Below, one piece after another: positions 23,801 through 36,080 of a DNA stretch of 64,000 bases. Position 1 is the stretch's first letter. Every line of letters begins with the position of its first letter. Location: contig MU053881.1 of NCBI GenBank assembly GCA_013239625.1, positions 12,910,879 to 12,974,878 of the forward strand, given 5' to 3'. The translations under genes were made by a program, and so were the position numbers. This stretch comes from Lama guanicoe. Lineage: Eukaryota. The notes beneath the pieces were generated by a model. That model was not told where the DNA came from. It ran no database searches and worked only from the letters and a program-made list of their open reading frames with translations.

Positions 23801-24246
23801 TGATTTAATTAAGTAGTAAGAGAAGTTTCGATAGATCTTAACCAACTTATTTAAGATGGCCTGACTTACAACATGGGCCGTGTCACATACACATGTGCGT
23901 ATCAGATGGATCAATCAAAGAGACAGGCATTTGTCTTTGAAAAAAATGTTTACATGCTTTGGCATCAAACCTAGCCACTTCGGACGCAGACTGCTCTAGG
24001 TTCTAGATACATAACTTCAGATATTTAATTAGGTAGGGTTAAAAATTAATTGTTACTAAATAAGTGTGTGTACAGGAAATTATGATTATCTTATGACCGT
24101 CATCTTTTTCTAAACTACCTGTGCTATAGCAGGGCTTACTTTAAGGACAATATACCTGTTTAGTCATAGTAAATGATTAAAATTCATAATGCTAACTACC
24201 CAATATCCTTTACAGTACCGATACATCTGTACCATAATTACCATAC

Positions 24247-24348
24247 CCTGGCTTGATTTCTTCCTGGCATCTTGCTGCCGCACAGATGGTACTGAGGAAG
24301 TAACTGTCCTTGGCCGAGGATTCTTGATAAAGTTTATAGTCTTTAAAC
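24247..24348 (-). pseudogene. Pseudo-exon, 102 bp: FKDYKLYQESSAKDSYFLSTICAAARCQEEIKPG
   Basis: Acceptor atttttccAG, donor AGG|GTATGG; length divisible by 3; two frames open. Confidence 0.6.
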
Positions 24349-24765
24349 CTGGAAAAATCTCCAAGTCATGCTAACATCTACCTTTGGAAAACATACAAAT
24401 ATGGAATCTATTGCACAACATTGTTAACTTTCTTTTTTTTTTTTCCAAAAAGCAAAATATTGCCATTCTGTGGCGTTTGCTTAATGATAATGTGATATTC
24501 TCAGGTATCTATAAAACCTGTGTTATGTGTAACTACTATTTATTTCTTGATTGTAACTTCAAATTACTTCTTTTAAACCCTTGGGTTTCTTAAACAGTGC
24601 AGGGAAGATGAGAACCAGAGGACATTGCAGTAATAGCAACAACAAACACAATGGCAATAACAGGGGGAAAAAATGACCGTAATGCGGGAGCATTTCACTA
24701 TAAAATAATAAAAGATAACTGTGTGAATGCCTAGAGATCTTCCCTGCTCTTCTGAGGCGACTTAC

Positions 24766-24892
24766 TAGAAGCCTTCCCACTTCCTAACAGTTTGGGGGCA
24801 TCTCTTTGGAGAAGATGGTCCTTTACAGGGAACACTGCACTCCTACTGGACAAACCATTCCACTTGTCTATAATGCTGCACAGATGCTGTAT
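24766..24892 (-). pseudogene. Pseudo-exon, 127 bp: IQHLCSIIDKWNGLSSRSAVFPVKDHLLQRD... (alternative frame ends ...TVRKWEGF)
   Basis: Acceptor cttttactgtttgtaAG (or the CAG 6 nt downstream), donor CTA|GTAAGT. Confidence 0.55.
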
Positions 24893-25110
24893 CTTACAAA
24901 CAGTAAAAGATGTAAGAACATAAGTAAGATCTGGGAGAAAAAATATGATAGTATAGAAAAGAGAAGGCACAAAAATATAATCAGGGCAATTTACTTGCTC
25001 CAAAAACATACTCACGACATGAACATGCTTTACAATAGGCTGGGTTTGGTGTTGGCCCCGAAGCCCTGACAGAAGTAAATGCTCCCCACCTCTGGAGCAT
25101 TCCACCTCAC

Positions 25111-25148
25111 CTTCAACCTCTGCTGTGAGAAAGTTTCACCAATAATTT
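25111..25148 (-). pseudogene. Pseudo-exon, 38 bp: xIIGETFSQQRLK
   Basis: Strong acceptor tttgctttccctAG and donor AAG|GTGAGG; ends phase 0, matching the next exon. Confidence 0.5.
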
Positions 25149-25242
25149 CTAGGGAAAGCAAATATTTTGAGGGAAAATACAATGAAAAAACAACCAAACA
25201 CATAGGCAAAAGATGCTGGAAGTAAGAAATTACCCAAATAAC

Positions 25243-25705
25243 TGTATCAGTGACCTACCTACTGTTACTAATTAATACAAGTTTGGTGGCTTAAGACAAT
25301 ATACATGCATTATCATTCTGGAGGTCAAGAGTCCTAAAAATAAAGGGGTCAATAGTACTGTATTCTTTTAGGGAGCTCTAATGGAGAATCTGTTTCCCTG
25401 CCTTTTCCAACAACTAGAGGCTGCCTGCTTTCATTAGATCATGGTTCCTTTCTCACTTCACTTCCACTTCTGTTCCCATTATTATATCTTCTCTTCTGAC
25501 TCTGACTGTCCTGCCTCCCTGTGACAAAGGCCCCGTGTGATTACACTTGGCTCACACCAATAATCAAGGGTAATCTCCCCCTCTCAGAATTTTAAATTTA
25601 ATTGTATTTGTAAAGTTCCTTTTGTTGTATATGTAAAGCACATATTCACAGTTTCAGAGAAGGGGGTGTGAATATTTTGGGGAGTCCATTACTCTGTCAT
25701 CTATA
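25243..25705. mobile_element. MLT1 (MaLR) solo LTR
   Basis: tgtatcag...tttggtggcttaagacaa...ttctggaggtcaag...gattacacttggctcac...aatctcccc. Confidence 0.7.
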
Positions 25706-25944
25706 GTAACTCATGGAGATGTCAAATGCTCAGATTTCAAATATTGGAATTACCAAAGCAGCTATTATAAAATTATGTGTTGTGTGTGTGTTTAAAGAAA
25801 TAGAAGACAGACTGTAAAATGTGTGTATGGGACAAGAAACCATAAAAATGACGTAGCACGTTTTGAAAAGTATCGAATGGGACTTCTAGAAATGAAATTG
25901 AGTAAATTCAACTTTTAAAAATGGGTGAGTTTAGGTAAGTTCAT

Positions 25945-26320
25945 TTGTGTCCTGTATTTTTTTTTTTAAGATTCCACATATGAGTGATATCATATGGCAT
26001 TTTTCTTTCTCTTTCTGGATTACTTCACATAGAATGACAATTTCCAGATCCATCCATGTTTCTGCAAATGGCGTCATTTTATTCCTTTTATGGCTGAGTA
26101 ATATTCCGTTGTATAAATATACTACATCTTCTTTATCCAGTCATCTGTTAATGGCCATTTGAGCTGCTTCCATGTCTCGGCTATTGTAAATAGTGCTGCT
26201 ATCTTGATTGTGGTAGTGGTTCCACTGGTATATACATCTATCAAAATTCACAAAGTGTACATTTGAAATATGTGTAGTTTACTGTGCAGGAACCATATGA
26301 CAATGAAGATGTTAAAAAAT
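25945..26320. mobile_element. L1 3' fragments (minus piece 25945-26200 joined to an older plus-strand 3' end)
   Basis: First part is near-identical to 20630-20850; then ttgattgtggtagtggtt...tgtacatttgaaatatgtg. Confidence 0.7.
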
Positions 26321-26589
26321 GGATGAGTGCAATAGCATACCTAAGAAAACACAGGTAGTAAAATTATTTCAAAAATTTCTGAAAAATTTTCAGCTTTTCA
26401 AAATGCATGGAGAAATGTTTCACGTCCTTTTTTGGAAGGAATTTTACAGGTGTTCTTTTATAATGTTCTTTAGAGTACAAGTATGCCTATGAACTCCTCT
26501 GTGTGTAAGAAATATGTTGAAAGATACCAGGGAAAGTTTTGTGTAATTGACATACCTAGTATTATATGTTATCTTATGAACAGATTACT

Positions 26590-29500
26590 GAAATATTAGA
26601 ATACCCTAAAATGTGCCCATTTAGAGTACAAAATTCTCTGTTTTTAGAATATTCATAGGATTGTGCAGCCATCACAACCTATTTATAGAATTTTCTCTCT
26701 ACCCCAAAGAAATTCTGTACCCATTAGCGGTTGTTCCCAAACCCCTTCCCTTACTGCAGTCCCACGTAGTGCAAGGCAGCTTATCTTTTTTTTCCTATAG
26801 ATATGCTTATTCTGGACATTTAATATAAATAGAATTATGTAATTTGTAGCTTTTTGTGACTGGCTTCTCTCATTCAGCATAATTTTAGGGTTCATCCATT
26901 TTGTACGATAATTAAGCTTCACATTTTAAAAAAATTTATGATTAGTGTTTAATTGCATAGATATATAATTCTTTATCAATTCATTAATTCCTGGACATTT
27001 GGATTGTTTCCACTTTTGTGGACGCATGGATTATTTTTGGCTATTAAGAATAAAGCTGCTGTGAACACTTACATACTTGATTTTGTGTGGACTAATGATT
27101 TCTCGTGGTTATGTGCTTCACAGTGGAATTGCTGGGACATACAGTAATTCCATAGTTAATAATTTCAGAAACTGCCAAATTATGTTCCAAAGGGGCTGCA
27201 CCGTTTAAAATTTTGACCAGCGTTGTATTGTGTTGTTTTTTTCACATTGTTACCAACACTCGCTGTTTTATATCTTTTTAAGTGTAGCCATCCTAGTTTG
27301 TGTAAAAAGATAGCTCCTTGTGGGTTAGCTGACCATTCCCCTAATGGCTAATGATGTTAAGCATTACTTTGTGTGCTCACTGGCATTTGCATACTCTACT
27401 TGGAGAAGTGTCTGTTTAGATCCTTTGACTATTTTTTAATTTCATTTTTGTCTGTGTATCATTGAGTTGTAAGATACACGAGCATTACCAGATACATGAC
27501 TTGCGAATAGTCTCTTCCATTTCATGAACTGTTTTTTGCACTTTTTTGAAAGTATGGTTTGCAGCACCAAAGTTTTAAATTTTGTTACATCCACTGTACC
27601 TATCTGTTCTTTTTTGCCACTTGTGCTTTTGGTGTTGTGTGTTTATGTATTTTAAACTCTTAAACATTTCACTCCATGAACCACTTGATTTTTGCATATG
27701 AGGTGAGGTGTGGACTCAGCTTCGCTCCTTCACGGTTGTCCCAGTACAGTTTGTGAAGACTGTTTTTCCCCATTTAATTTTCTTGGCTCTCTTGTCTAAA
27801 ATCAATTAGCCAGTGATCTATAACTCCCTCTTTATAGTAAGTCTTAAAATTGGGAAATGTGAGTCCTCCAACTTCTTTTTCAAGAACGTTTTGGCTATTT
27901 TTCACCCCTCACATTTCCACTTGAATTTTAGGATCAACTTGTCAACGTCTGCAAAAAAGCCACCTAGGATTTTGATAACAACTGTGTTGAATCTGTAGAT
28001 GAGTTTGAATGCCTTTGCTGTCTTAAAATATTAAGTCATTTGACACATGAATATTAGAAGTTTTCCCATTTATTTAGATCTTCTTTAATTCCTTCCAACA
28101 ATTGCTTTTTTAATTTCTGTTTTGGAATGTTCATCATTAGTGTGTATAAATACAATTGATTTTTTGCATGTCGACCCTATATCCTGCAACCCTGCTGGAC
28201 TTGTTTATTAGTTCTAATATTTTTTGTGTTTTCCTTAGGATTTTCTGTATACAAAATTATGGAATTTGCAAGTACATATAATTTTACTTCTTTCTTTCCA
28301 TCATGAATATTTTGGTTTTTTTTTTTCCTTGCCCAGTAGCCCTGACTAGAACCTCGACTACAGTGTTTATTAACAGGAATGGCAAGAGTGGACACCCTTA
28401 CCTTTTTCATGATCTTGAGAGAGCATTCAGTCTTTCATCTTTAGATCTGATGATAGTTGAGGGGTTTTTGTAGATGTCTTTTAATAGTTAGAGGCTTCTG
28501 TTTCTCATTCTTGAGTATTTTTTGTATCATGAAGGGATGCTGGATTTCTAATCAAATAGGTTTTCTGCATTTACTTAGACGGTCGTAGAGTTTTTGTCCT
28601 TTAGTCAGTTGATATGGTGTATTATTTTAAGTGATTCTGAATGTAAAACTAAGCATACACTATGGAAAACGGTGTGGAAGATTCTTAAAAAAACTAAAAC
28701 TAGAGCTGCCATATGATCCAGCAATCCCACTCCTGGGTATATCCAGAAAAAAATGAAAACTCTAATTTGAAAGGGTACGGGAACCCCAATCATTATTCAG
28801 AGCAGCACTATTTACAATAGCCAAGACATGGAAGCAACCCAAGTGCCCATGAATGGATGATTGACTTAAGATGTGGTGTGTGTGTGTGTGCATGCGTGTA
28901 TTATAGAATATTACTCAGCCATAAAAAATAATGAAATGTTTCCATTTGGAGCAGCTTCAGTGGACCTAGAAAATATTGTACTTAAGTGAAGTAAGTCAGA
29001 CAGAGAGAAGCAAATACTATGTGATATCACTTATATGTGGAATCTAAAAAAAAATAATTCAAATGATCGTATATACAAGATAGAAACAGACTCATAGACA
29101 TAGAAAACAAACTTATGATTACCAGAATGGAGAAGGGGGCTAGGGAGGGACAAATTAGGAATATGAGATTAACAGGTACAAGCTACTATACATAAAATAG
29201 AAAAGTAACAAGGATTTACTGTACAGTACAGGAAATTATACTTAATATCTTATAATAACCTATAATGAAATATAATCAGTTAAAAAAACTGAAACACTAT
29301 GCTGTACATCTGAAACTAACACAGTATTATAAATCAACTATACTTAATAAAAAGAAATGGGAAAAAATTAACCATACATTCTTGGGAAAAATTCTACTTG
29401 GTCCTGATGTATACTACATTTTGTATGTTACTGGATTTATTTTGCTAATTTTTAAAGAATTTTTGCATCTGTTTACTTTGTCTTTAAGCATAGTTTCCTT

Positions 29501-30660
29501 TAGTTCTATGAACCTGCTTATAACATGGATCCCATCAGAGTGAGATTTTATTGCCTGTCCCTGTGTATGGGACATCTGCATGTTCTTTGCGTATCTCTTA
29601 ACTTTATACTGAAAGCAATACCTTGTAGATAGTGTGTTGTAGCAACTGTGGATAGACATCTGCTACAGGAGAGAGGGAGGGAGGAAGGGCTCTTGTTGCT
29701 ATTAAACTGGTCATATTTTAAATTGGTTTAGTGACAGATTCTATGAAGTCTATTTACCTTTCAGTGAGCAGCCTCCGATATCCCTGCTCAGATGTTCTTT
29801 TCCTTACTTGAATATTTTGGTTTGGCTACTTAGAGGTCAGCCATGATCAGCTTAAGCCATTAACTGGCCACATATTACACTCAATACCCTCAGTGGGTGA
29901 GACTTTTACCCTGTAATATTGGACCTGCGTGTAGTTTGTAGACTACTACCACCGCTTAGGGTGTTCACTTTTTTTTTGATCTGACCTGCTTTCACCCCGA
30001 AACTAGTAACTTGGTGGTTACCTCTTTAATCAGTCCTGAGAGGGTAAAGCATTGGTCATAGACACTTGTCAAGACCAGTAGAGGGTATGATTTATTTTTA
30101 TACCTGGATTCCAAGGAGTCACACTTGGGTCAAAGAAACTTACGTGTCAGCCAGAGTCTGACCAGAAGTTGAAAGTAAGCCCTTTGTGCCAGTGAGCTGT
30201 GTTTCCTGGGTTGATGGGCCTGTGTGTGGCTCAGAGAATACTTGCAAGCATGCGCCATCTCCTGCTCAGAACAGCCCTGAGTGAGTAAGTACAGCCTCGT
30301 GCATGTGCACAGACTTCCTGAACTCCAGGGTTGACTGTGATTCCAAGAGAACTTTTCTGGGGTATCTCCTCGTAGAAGCGGGGGAGGTGGCGAGTCCTGT
30401 GTTCTTACTTCGGGGGTCTGCAGTGGTATTTTCATCACACTGAGTTGGACGTGGGGAGAAAGGGAGTGGGTCATCATTCAAGTCCTGCAGACTCTCACTG
30501 TTCACACTGAGATTCTTCTCGTGGGTGTTTAATGTTCCTTCATCTGCTCTGTGCTCTTAGGACAATTGTCATAGACTTTAAATGGTTGCTCTTTGTAACT
30601 CAACAGTGAAATGTTTGTTTTGCGGGGAAAAGTGTCCTCCGAGCTCCTTACCTGACTGCC
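26590..30660 (-). mobile_element. Old L1 (L1MB/MC-like), fragmented and interrupted by a younger L1
   Basis: 3'UTR motif WMNPKIMLNERSQSQKAT; degenerate ORF2 RT (KKEVKLYVLANSIILYTENPKE); continues after 29370. Confidence 0.75.
28660..29366 (+). mobile_element. 5'-truncated L1 3' end inserted into the older L1
   Basis: tatggaaaacggtgtggaag...ccatatgatccagcaatcccactcctggg...A tail; degenerate TSD aa(c/t)taa(g/c)cataca at ~28647 and ~29367. Confidence 0.88.
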
Positions 30661-31489
30661 CCAGAAGACCTACCTCCGATATGCTTCTTTGCATATGCAA
30701 GTCATGCAGAGAAATTCATTTATAATGTATGTGCGCCCACATACATTTAATGAATAGCAAAAGACCTGGCAGCCTCTGCACGCTAATATTAGCAGAACAG
30801 GAAATTGGGTATGGCTGGCTAAGTGCAGACTTTAATCTGTACTTTTAACAGTCATTCCTATTGATACATTTCTGTCACTCTCCTGCTTTATACACCTTAT
30901 TAATTTCCTGCCAGTCAAAGTATTAAACACCTAAATGTTGGTATTCTAGGTTCTTCGCAGCCTCATGTGTCCCTTACTCTTCTATTAAAATCCTACTTAT
31001 TATTCAAGGCTCATCTGAAACACTACCCGCCCTGCCCATGATTCATTTCCCGATCACGCCTCTGTACTCCACATGCCTTTTCATATAACTGAATGGGGTA
31101 TATGATTCAGTTAACATGATTTTTCCTGCTAGATTTTAGTACCTCAAGAGTACAGATTATGTCTTATTCTTTTTCCCCTATCAGTTTATGCAGAAACTGT
31201 CACATAGTAGGAACTCAGTGGAAGTTCATCACTCTTTAATGAATATATTTCACCCTAACATATATGGCAGCAGAAATCTCTTGTTTAAGGCAGTGGCTGT
31301 GGACCTTAAACCTTAAGGGTAAGGAGAAATTTGTGCTCCATGAGGTATTCAGTGAAAATACATTGCCCTGAACACTTTGACTTAAAAGGCATGAAGTATA
31401 TGCAACTGAGGATGGGGAATCAAAGAGCCCGAAGTTCTAGCTCTCAGAATAGGAAGTACTAAGAAGACTGCTCTTTTCCGAGGGTCTGT

Positions 31490-31680
31490 TCTGCCCTGAG
31501 CAGCATGCTAAGCACTTGACATACATTAACTTAACTTTTGAAAAATAATAACCCTGAGATTTAGGTATCATTCCATCTTACAGAAGGAGGATTTGAGCAC
31601 AGACTTGCTAGATGACTTACTCAACATCACAAAACCAGTAGCTGCCGGAGCCAGGACTCAAACCCAGGTCTGACCCAAAG
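31490..31680 (-). mobile_element. MIR SINE
   Basis: catcttacagaaggaggatttgagcacaga...gatgacttactcaacatcaca...ggagccaggactcaaacccaggtctg core. Confidence 0.7.
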
Positions 31681-32589
31681 CCTGGCTTTTCTGGATTTTA
31701 ATTTCAGTCCTTGTAATGAAACTATTTCAATTATCACGTAACTGGCAGTGATCTTTAACTTCTGTTTTCCCTGCTTGGGGGCATCTTAGAAATCAGTGGC
31801 ATACTGGACAGACTGCCTCTTTCTGTCTCATTAGATACTGTCACATATGCATGGACATGGTCAGGGATGTGATTCATAACACCAGGTACTGGCTGTAAGT
31901 AAGACCAACAAGCCTGCCTGGCATTTCCTGCAGAAACAGCCTTTCAGATGTCTCCTTGGTGGGGGACAGAGGACATTGCCAGCTCGCTAACAGACAGATC
32001 TATCTTTGAAGAACAGTGCTGGATGATGATCTCGAAGGGGGAACCATTTATCTAGACTTGCAGTTAAGTGCAGCAGGTGATCTCTGAATTTTTCCCTTCT
32101 TCCCTAATGATAGACAGATGGCAACTGTTTGGATAATGCCTGATCTTATTCCTTGCAGCTCTGGATGCTATGAAAGGGCAGTGTTATGCAGGTGGCAAAG
32201 TATATGCAAACACATTATAAAGATTCCCTGATAATTGGAAATGACTTGTTTACTTTTTGCAAATAACTGGAATTCAGCCTAACAGGGCCAGCAGTTTGAA
32301 GCTGACACGGCTTGCTTCTCGGTGCTGGGTACCACATAGGCAGTTTATCAGCATGCTCTGCAAGCACACATTTCTGGAGCTGGAAGGTGCTCTACAAATG
32401 ATGTTCTTCACAGAGCTTGCTGTGTAAGTTTTACAGATGTGTGGCTGCTCGGCAAAGACCCTTGTGGTCAGTTTGACCCACTGGGTTTTTTTCCTAAGAC
32501 TTCTCAAGGGAAATTCCATTAATATGTGGCTTCCTTTCATTCCCCTGGCCAACAAATCATGTCACATCCCTGCAGGCAACAGAGTTTTA

Positions 32590-32770
32590 ACAGCATGGGC
32601 CTTGGAACCAGACAGACTTTGACTCTAAGCCTGTCTCCACCTGTTACAGTGTAACCTTGGATAAGCTGCTGATGCCCTCTGACTTTAGTGTCCTCATTTG
32701 TAAATGGGAATAGTAACAACTAGCTCCTTGGTTTGTCGTAGTGATTAAATCAAATGATTTAGGTAAAACA
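32590..32770 (+). mobile_element. MIR SINE
   Basis: gtgtaaccttggataag...ctctgactttagtgtcctcatttgtaaatgggaatagtaa core. Confidence 0.7.
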
Positions 32771-33649
32771 AAACAAACAGTTGTAGTGCTGTCTCAAGTG
32801 CTGTGTTGAGAAGCCTTCAGAAATGAGTCTTGGGCTCAGCATAGGGGAGGCTCCTGGTGGAATGGCGATGTTTCTGTGGGCATAGGAGGGACAGCAGAGC
32901 AATTTGCAGTCTCGTATTCCTCACCTTCAAATCTTGCTCCGTCATTGTCACTGGTTTCTCCAGCCCCTGGTTGGAGCAAAACACTTTAAATAGAATAATA
33001 CAGTTCTACCCACACAGGATGATTCTTGCCACAGAGGCTGGATTTTTTAAAAAATTGTGATTTATGAGAAAAGAAATGTAAATTTATGTAAGCAAGAGAT
33101 TTCTGTTAATTGAATGTATATGCTCATGGGAATAAGATCCCAGGAGAGGTCTGGAATTATTTAGGAATTTTAAGATAATCTAATAAATGCTGATCCACAC
33201 CTCGAGAGTCAAAGAGAATTTAGGGCATAAAAGAAATAGAGCATTGAGTCTAAATTAAAATGTAGGGTTGGGCGGGGCATGTTAAGTTATTTTTATTTCA
33301 AAGTAGCATACTTAAATAGTTTTTTTTTATCATTGCTGCAATTACCATTTGTTATTTCAGGCAGTTAGCAAGTCAGAAATGAAGTGTCTTGGGCACTGAG
33401 AATAAGCAAAGGGAAAGAGAGGGGTTAAGTGAAAGAGTTAAAGATTGGGAGAAAGCTTGAGAGAGAGAGAGAAATTGAGAGAGAAAGAACGGGTAGTAGG
33501 GAGGAGGAGAGAGCAAAGAAAGGGAAACAGAGTTCATGTCTTCAAGGAACTCATACCCTTGAGAGCCTGCTTTCAGATGTTTTATTTAGGGAATGATATA
33601 AAAATCATTGCAAGTAGAAGAGTCATTTTAGATTAGGAAGACAGCTGCC

Positions 33650-34590
33650 AGTGTACCTTATTTGTTTCTTAAAATTTAATCTGCATACTGCACATCATCT
33701 AGATTTGGTATTAAAATGTGGATTTTGACTCCGTGGGTCTGGTCAGAGCCCAGGTTCTGTATTTCTAACAAGTTTCAAGGTGATGTTGATGCTCTTGGAA
33801 GCACACTTGGAGAAGCATGATTTCATATGAGCCCGCCTTCCCACCAGTGAGGAGTCCATTCTGAAGCAGTTCAGGACCCTGTGGAGACCAGTGAGTATAC
33901 TTGCAGCAGCAGTTCTGAAACATGGCTCCACACTGCAGTCGTCTAAGGAGCTTAAAAATACTACTGATGCCTGGACTGCATCCTCCCCTCACCCACATCC
34001 CCTGAGATTTGAATGTAATTGATGTGGGGTGTGATCTGGGCATCAGCATTTTTAAAAGGTCCACAGATTTATCACGTTTCTGTTGCTGCTGTGACAAATT
34101 TCCACAAGTTTAGTGGCTTAAGAAGCCCAAATTTACAAATGTATTATCTTACTGTTCTGTAGATCATAAATCTGACAGGGATCTCACAGGGCTAAGATTA
34201 AGGTGTCAGAAGGATGCCTTCCTTTCTGGAGTCTCTAGGGGAAATCTGATTTCTTGCCATTTCCAGTATTTAGAGGCTGCGTGCCCTCCGTGGCTGATGG
34301 TCCACTTTAAAGCTAGTATGTGGGGCCAAGTCTTCCTTATGCTGCCTCTCTCTAGCTTCCTCTTTAGAATATCTCTTGGAATTTACTTCTACAGAATCTT
34401 GTGATGACCTTGGGTCCATCCAGATATTCCAGGATAATCTCCTTATTTTAAGATTAGCTAATTAGCGAGCTTAATTCCATCTTCAACCTTAAGTTCCTTT
34501 TATCATGTAAATGATCATATTCACAGGTTCCTGGGATTAGTATGTAGACATCTTTGGGGGCCACGTGGTTCTAATGTGCAGCCAGGGATA
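33650..34590. mobile_element. Two MER5-type hAT MITEs; the second is split by an MLT1 LTR (~34063-34562)
   Basis: MER5 motifs (aggttctgtatttctaacaag...ggtgatgttgatgc; ttaaaaatactactgatgcctgg...catcagcatttttaaaag); remainder ggttctaatgtgcagccaggg after the LTR. Confidence 0.65.
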
Positions 34591-34923
34591 GACACCAAAA
34601 TAGACCATAGTTGCTTAAGTCAGAACAGAGAGAAATAAAAATGATCTAGAAGCGTTAGGCAGGAGATAGACTTAACCTTTTATACTTGTCATTTATCCCT
34701 CGCTGAATAATACATGTGTATTTCTTCTTGCCTGAGGAAATAAAATTTCCCCTTTAATATTTCTCACTTGGTTCCTGTTAGATATACCAGATAGAGAAAA
34801 AGATCCTGAGTAAGGAAACTAGGTGGTGATGGAAGAACCTTCAAGTACCAGTTTGGTATTTGTGAATTATTCACACACTGAATTGAACCTTTCCATTTTA
34901 TTCTTTGCACTTAAAATCTTCAC

Positions 34924-35017
34924 CTTTTTCTGTTCCTCTGGCTGCTGCCTCGTTTCAGATGTCTGGTAAAGCTCTTAAATGCCAATACCCTGGGCACAGA
35001 AGACCACACTATTATAT
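34924..35017 (-). pseudogene. Pseudo-exon, 94 bp: (R)YNSVVFCAQGIGI*ELYQTSETRQQPEEQKK
   Basis: Acceptor ctttaccgcttAG, donor AAG|GTGAAG; one in-frame TAA; resembles recalled HEATR9 NSVPYC...DLYDQREERE. Confidence 0.55.
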
Positions 35018-36080
35018 CTAAGCGGTAAAGTGATAATTCAAAGGTAAAGGTGATACTAAAACAGTAATGAGTCACCTTATTATTAATGTGGACCCTATTA
35101 CAATGCAAATTTGGTTGCTCTCAGTTATTTTCCTTCAAAATTCAAAATAGCATGGTTTGACAGCTACACGTGATAGGAGAAATAACTACATTACAATGAA
35201 AGTAATCAACTTCTCAGATCTGCATATTTGCATGCAAAATGAATGAATAAGAATCTAGGGTGGGGAAAAGGGAAGGATATTTGAAAATTCCAAATACAGG
35301 GCTGAAAATGATTTCTATAAAAAGGGTTAAATGTCTGATATTACATAACTAGCTTATGAATCCCTTCTTTCTGATTCTCATTTTACATTACCTACAACTT
35401 TCTGAAAGCCCGAACAGTGAACCCATAGATAATTGGGATGCTTGATATGAACATATAAAGATAATACATAAAACGCCCAAGGAAAGCAGATTATCAGAAT
35501 AATCCTTAGTTTAGAAAATTACTTTTTTCAGGAATCCTTTCTTACCCCAAGCCTAGGTTAATTGGTCCTCATAAATAATTCTGTCAAAGCCTTTGTCGTA
35601 CTACTTGGTAATTGTCTTTTTATTAGTCTAGATCCCACCAAATGTTGAGACATAGGAGCACAGAAATCTCATGGGCTTCTTCACCATTATATCTGTTGTA
35701 TTTAGCACTTAGAGATCAGTCAATTAAAATTTGAACACAAAATTCATATTCCATAGTTACTTAACTGAAGTCACAAATACAATAAAACAAAATGTCCAGA
35801 TAAAGGTTGAAAATAATGAAATCTTTTAAATTCAAAAATATTGTCAGGGTCACATTCTAGTAGCTGGAAATGTAAACACCAGTAAGATCAGATCTCTGCT
35901 CTTCAGAAGTTCATTGTCTCAGGCAAGAGACAGAAAGTTATGATACACTCTGGTAAATGCTGTGGTAGAGATGGACATAGCATGCTCTGAGTGGAGAAAG
36001 GAAGGCACCCAGCATGTTTTACAGGGGTAGAGAAATACTCCACGACAGACCTCTTGGAAAAGGTGACTTTAAAGATGAAC

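Larger units (their letters stand above)
3..35017 (-). pseudogene. Multi-exon unprocessed pseudogene of a HEAT-repeat protein, HEATR9/HEATR4-like; may continue beyond the window start
   Basis: About 15 minus-strand exon-like segments with splice signals and mostly compatible phases. Peptides include HEAT-like LLSDKEPLVCREA and LLSTLEKCHKDPMDSM, plus motifs collinear with human HEATR9 as I recall it (e.g. FGLEHSKQSGLELLEILKTK vs IGLEQIQAQGLEELTFNLLRRK; LLYVHSGTLFINDI vs VMHVHSAPVIKAI). Multiple stops, frameshifts and dead splice sites. Homology is from memory, not a search. Confidence 0.6.

Noticed and set aside
3..35017. Calling the locus the functional HEATR9 gene or giving it that symbol
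   Set aside because: Numerous stops, frameshifts and dead splice sites; similarity is low and from memory; the expected CCL5 neighbourhood is not seen in the window.
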